Of a DNA stretch of 64,000 bases, positions 60,701 to 64,000 are shown piece after piece. The notes under the pieces are model-generated. The model was not told the DNA's origin. It ran no database searches and saw nothing but the letters and a program-made list of their open reading frames with translations. A program made the position numbers and the translations under genes. The stretch is from contig JALDZX010000006.1 of NCBI GenBank assembly GCA_022813865.1, positions 310,001 to 374,000 on the forward strand, written 5' to 3'. The stretch comes from Xylographa opegraphella. Taxonomy: Eukaryota. Numbering within the stretch: the first letter of the stretch is position 1; each line of letters opens with the position of its first letter.

Positions 60701-63700
60701 TTAGTACCGGTCGCGATAAAGAGTTATTGGATGCTGCTACTCTGGCCATTGATCAATTATGTCTGTTTGGTACACTTACTCCTGACACGGTCCCGGCTCC
60801 CTATGATTTCCTTTCATTGGCTGATAAGCTGAAAGTACGTGCCGAAGGTGGAGACGAAAATTCTGTACTCACTTTGGGCCATCTAGCTATGCAATGTCAC
60901 GAGAGTAACGAGGTGAGTACCTCGGCGCTCAGCCGGATCATTGACTCTTTATATAATTTACATGAGAAAAGACAACCAGAGCTACAGTTTGCAGTTGGGG
61001 CCGCGCTTAGTTGTGCAGCAGCAGGCTGGCAGTCAAAATCTCTCGTTGGATTACAGGACGTCGACAGCGGTGCCACTCCCAGATGTGCTTTAAGAAGCAA
61101 GACCTTGAATATTGTACTTGAGAGGGTACTGTGTGACTGCAAAACCACAAAGCCTGCTCTGAGGCAAGGGTCGGTTATTTGGCTCTTGTGTATTGTTCAA
61201 TACTGTGGACACCTCGCCCAAGTGCAGAGCCGACTACGTCAATGCCAGACCGCTTTCAAGGGATTTCTTGCCGACAGGGAGTCTCTCAATCAGGAGACTG
61301 CTTCCAGAGGCTTGACCCTAGTTTATGAGAAAGGCGACCAAGATCTGAAAGATGATCTCATCAGAGACCTTGTTGGATCTTTTACCAGTACGAACGTTGG
61401 TCTGGCTGGAAATGTTTCCAGTGAAACTCAGCTATTTGAGCCTGGTGCTTTACCAACCGGAGATGGCTCCGTGACAACGTACAAAGATATCATGAGCTTA
61501 GCATCCGAGGTTGGCGACTCGAGTCTGGTGTATCGCTTCATGTCACTCGCGTCGAATAATGCCATTTGGTCAAGCCGTGCCGCGTTCGGCCGATTCGGAT
61601 TGAGTAACATCTTGTCGGATTCTAGTGTTGACGGTTACCTCGCACAGAATCCCAAGCTCTATCCGGCTCTCTTTCGATATCGATTCGACCCTAATACCAA
61701 TGTCAGAAGCGCGATGAACGATATCTGGTCTGCCTTGGTCAAGGACCCCCAGTCGACTATCAACGAATACTTCGACAGCATTCTAGAGGACCTTCTGAAG
61801 AACATACTCGGCAAAGAATGGCGTGTGCGACAAGCGAGTTGTGCTGCAATCGCAGATTTAGTGCAAGGGAGGCCTGTCGACAAATATGAAAAGCACCTGT
61901 CTCGTATTTGGGCTCTAACTTTTAAGGTAATATTGAGGCTGTAAATCATATGTTACGATACTGATTAGCAAATTAGGTCTGTGATGATATCAAAGATTCG
62001 GTGCGACAAGCTGCCATGGCTTTAGCTAGAGTCCTGACCGCCGTGCTAACACGAAGCTTAGAAGTGGGAGACTCTTCTCGTAACACAGCAGGTGTGATGC
62101 TCAAGGAAGTACTGCCATTCCTTTTGAGTCCATCAGGTCTAGAGTCCAGTGCTCAGGAAATTCAAGCCTTTTCACTAAAGACGCTTTTACAAATCATCAA
62201 GAGTAGCAATGCAAAATTCCTTCGGCCATTCATTCCAGATCTGGTCGGTCGTCTGCTTGCTCTGCTAAGTTCTTTGGAACCTCAAGAAATCAACTACCTT
62301 CACCTGAACGCGGATAAATATGGAATGACAGCACAGCAGATCGACGATGTACGCTTGAGCAGTGTTAGATCATCGCCGATGATGGAGGCAATTGAGAGAT
62401 GTCTGGATATGCTTGACGATTCCAGTATGAAAGAGTTACAAGCAAGCATGGAGCAAGCACTCAGGACAACTATCGGACTGCCTTCCAGGGTTGGCGTCAG
62501 CCGTGTGCTAGTCTCGCTATCTACACGGCATAACTTCGTCTTCAAGCCGTATGCGGATAATACTCTGAGAATCCTCCGAAAACAGGTTCTCGATCGAAAT
62601 GATACCATCTCTACCTCGTTCGCTACAGCTTCCGGATATGTCGCCAGACTGGCATCGAACGATGAAGTCCTCCGACTTTTCGACTACTGCAAAAAGCTAT
62701 ACTTCGACTCAGGAGAGGATGATCGGCATCGAATTGTGTCGGCTGAACTGGTCTCTGCTGTTGCGAAATATGGCGCAGATAGATTTGCCTCCCTAGCAAA
62801 TGATATCTTGCCATTTGTTTTCGTCGCTAAACACGACCCGAACGAGCGAACGAAGGAGCTTTTCAACAACACCTGGACGGAGAATGTCGGAGGTTCACGA
62901 GCAGTATTACTGTATCTGAAAGAGATAGTCGCAACGGCATCGCCGCATCTCGAGTCACCGCGATGGTCTATCAAGCATACCGCTGCGTTCGCGATTGCAC
63001 ATGCCGCGAATGCCATGGGTGACGAAATCACGAATCAGGATGCGGAAATCATTTGGCCTTCTCTGGAAAAAGCTCTGAGTGGAAAGACCTGGGACGGGAA
63101 AGAGTTGATCTTGGAGGCCTTTATCACATTCGCCAAGAACTCGAATCTCATGGTCGACAACAAACAGATCGGTGATCGCATACAGGTATGAGAGTCCCTC
63201 GCAGTTCTCTTCCACGAACGCAGCTTTTCAAATAGAGTAATCATCTAGTTTACTGACCGAGTACGCAGAGCATTGTACTACGCGAGAGCAAACGCAATAA
63301 CGCCCAGTATCGCCAACATGCCTTGGTCTGCCTAGGAGACTTTGTCGAGATCTGCAAAGGGGTAGAGTGGTACGAGGTGGTTTATGAGATCACGAATCCT
63401 TTGATATTAGAATTGCTTGACGACGGGAACAAGATGGACGTGGATTCTCGAACAGGAGGGCCGTCATCCAAGATCACGTGAGTCTAAAGATCCCACCAAG
63501 CTTGTTCCGGCACTCGTGCGTCGGCTGAAGAAATTGTTTAGTTCCGAAAGAACGCTAGCGAACGCCTTACGAACCTTGCTTAAATCGATCGATCCGGTCC
63601 TTTGGGAAGCACCACGTGGGCAGCACCGTCTTCCCGCCTGTGGCATGTCGCTAACCGGATGACAGGTCTTGCAGTCAGCCTCAGCCAGACATTCGATCTC

Positions 63701-64000
63701 ATAGGGAAGGCACTTTCCCGGAACGACAAGGTCGTCAAAGATGCCATTCTGGATGGCGAGACGGCTCTTTTCAAAAAGTTGGCCACCACCGAATTTGACG
63801 ACGGACTCGACTCGATCTTGACCGGATATAGCTCCACTCTCTTCAAAATAGATGATCAGGCCGAACTGAGTCGAGCCAAAGCGGCGGACGCGGCAACAAC
63901 ATTAGGACGCTGGGCACCCGAGAAGAGTCAAGTCCACACACGTCTTGCAAGCGGGGTCGAGTTCGCACTCACACACGAACGCTCATCGTCCGTCCGACAA
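57768..64000 (+). CDS. ECM29: Proteasome adaptor Ecm29 (HEAT repeats), running off the window
   Basis: ELALVGKVELRIAL..YLAPLLLKLAS, LYPALFRYRFDPN, EWRVRQASCAA and DDIKDSVR. Many short introns. Confidence 0.93.

Noticed and set aside
1..64000. tRNA, rRNA or TGA-CTA readthrough signals
   Set aside because: None were recognised by eye, and the stop contexts I checked lacked TGA CTA. tRNAscan-SE and Infernal are needed to exclude small RNAs.

Overview
Eukaryotic DNA from a filamentous ascomycete (Pezizomycotina), with short GT-AG introns and CTRAC-like branch points. There are no prokaryotic features. The left end (3.6-12.4 kb) holds four oxidoreductase genes: two P450s, an SDR and a Zn-ADH. These look like the edge of a secondary-metabolite cluster whose backbone gene is outside the window. 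Most of the rest is conserved housekeeping genes: STK19-like, IRC20/SHPRH, ERJ5, YIP3, EAF1, MAK11, GCD11, WW-PhoD, CDC6, RGD2-like, an M19 dipeptidase, ADE8 and ECM29. The main signal is at YIP3, which ends in a T-TTT-TCC slippery site followed by a stem-loop, with a long ORF in the -1 frame. This points to programmed -1 ribosomal frameshifting, which I recall being described in Podospora, so it is probably not new. A decayed island at about 28.3-35 kb contains two inverted ~190-bp LTR-like copies (one with a perfect AGGCA target-site duplication), a palindromic 17-bp tandem array and an SDR pseudogene. Gene identities come from recognising motifs by eye; no searches were run.
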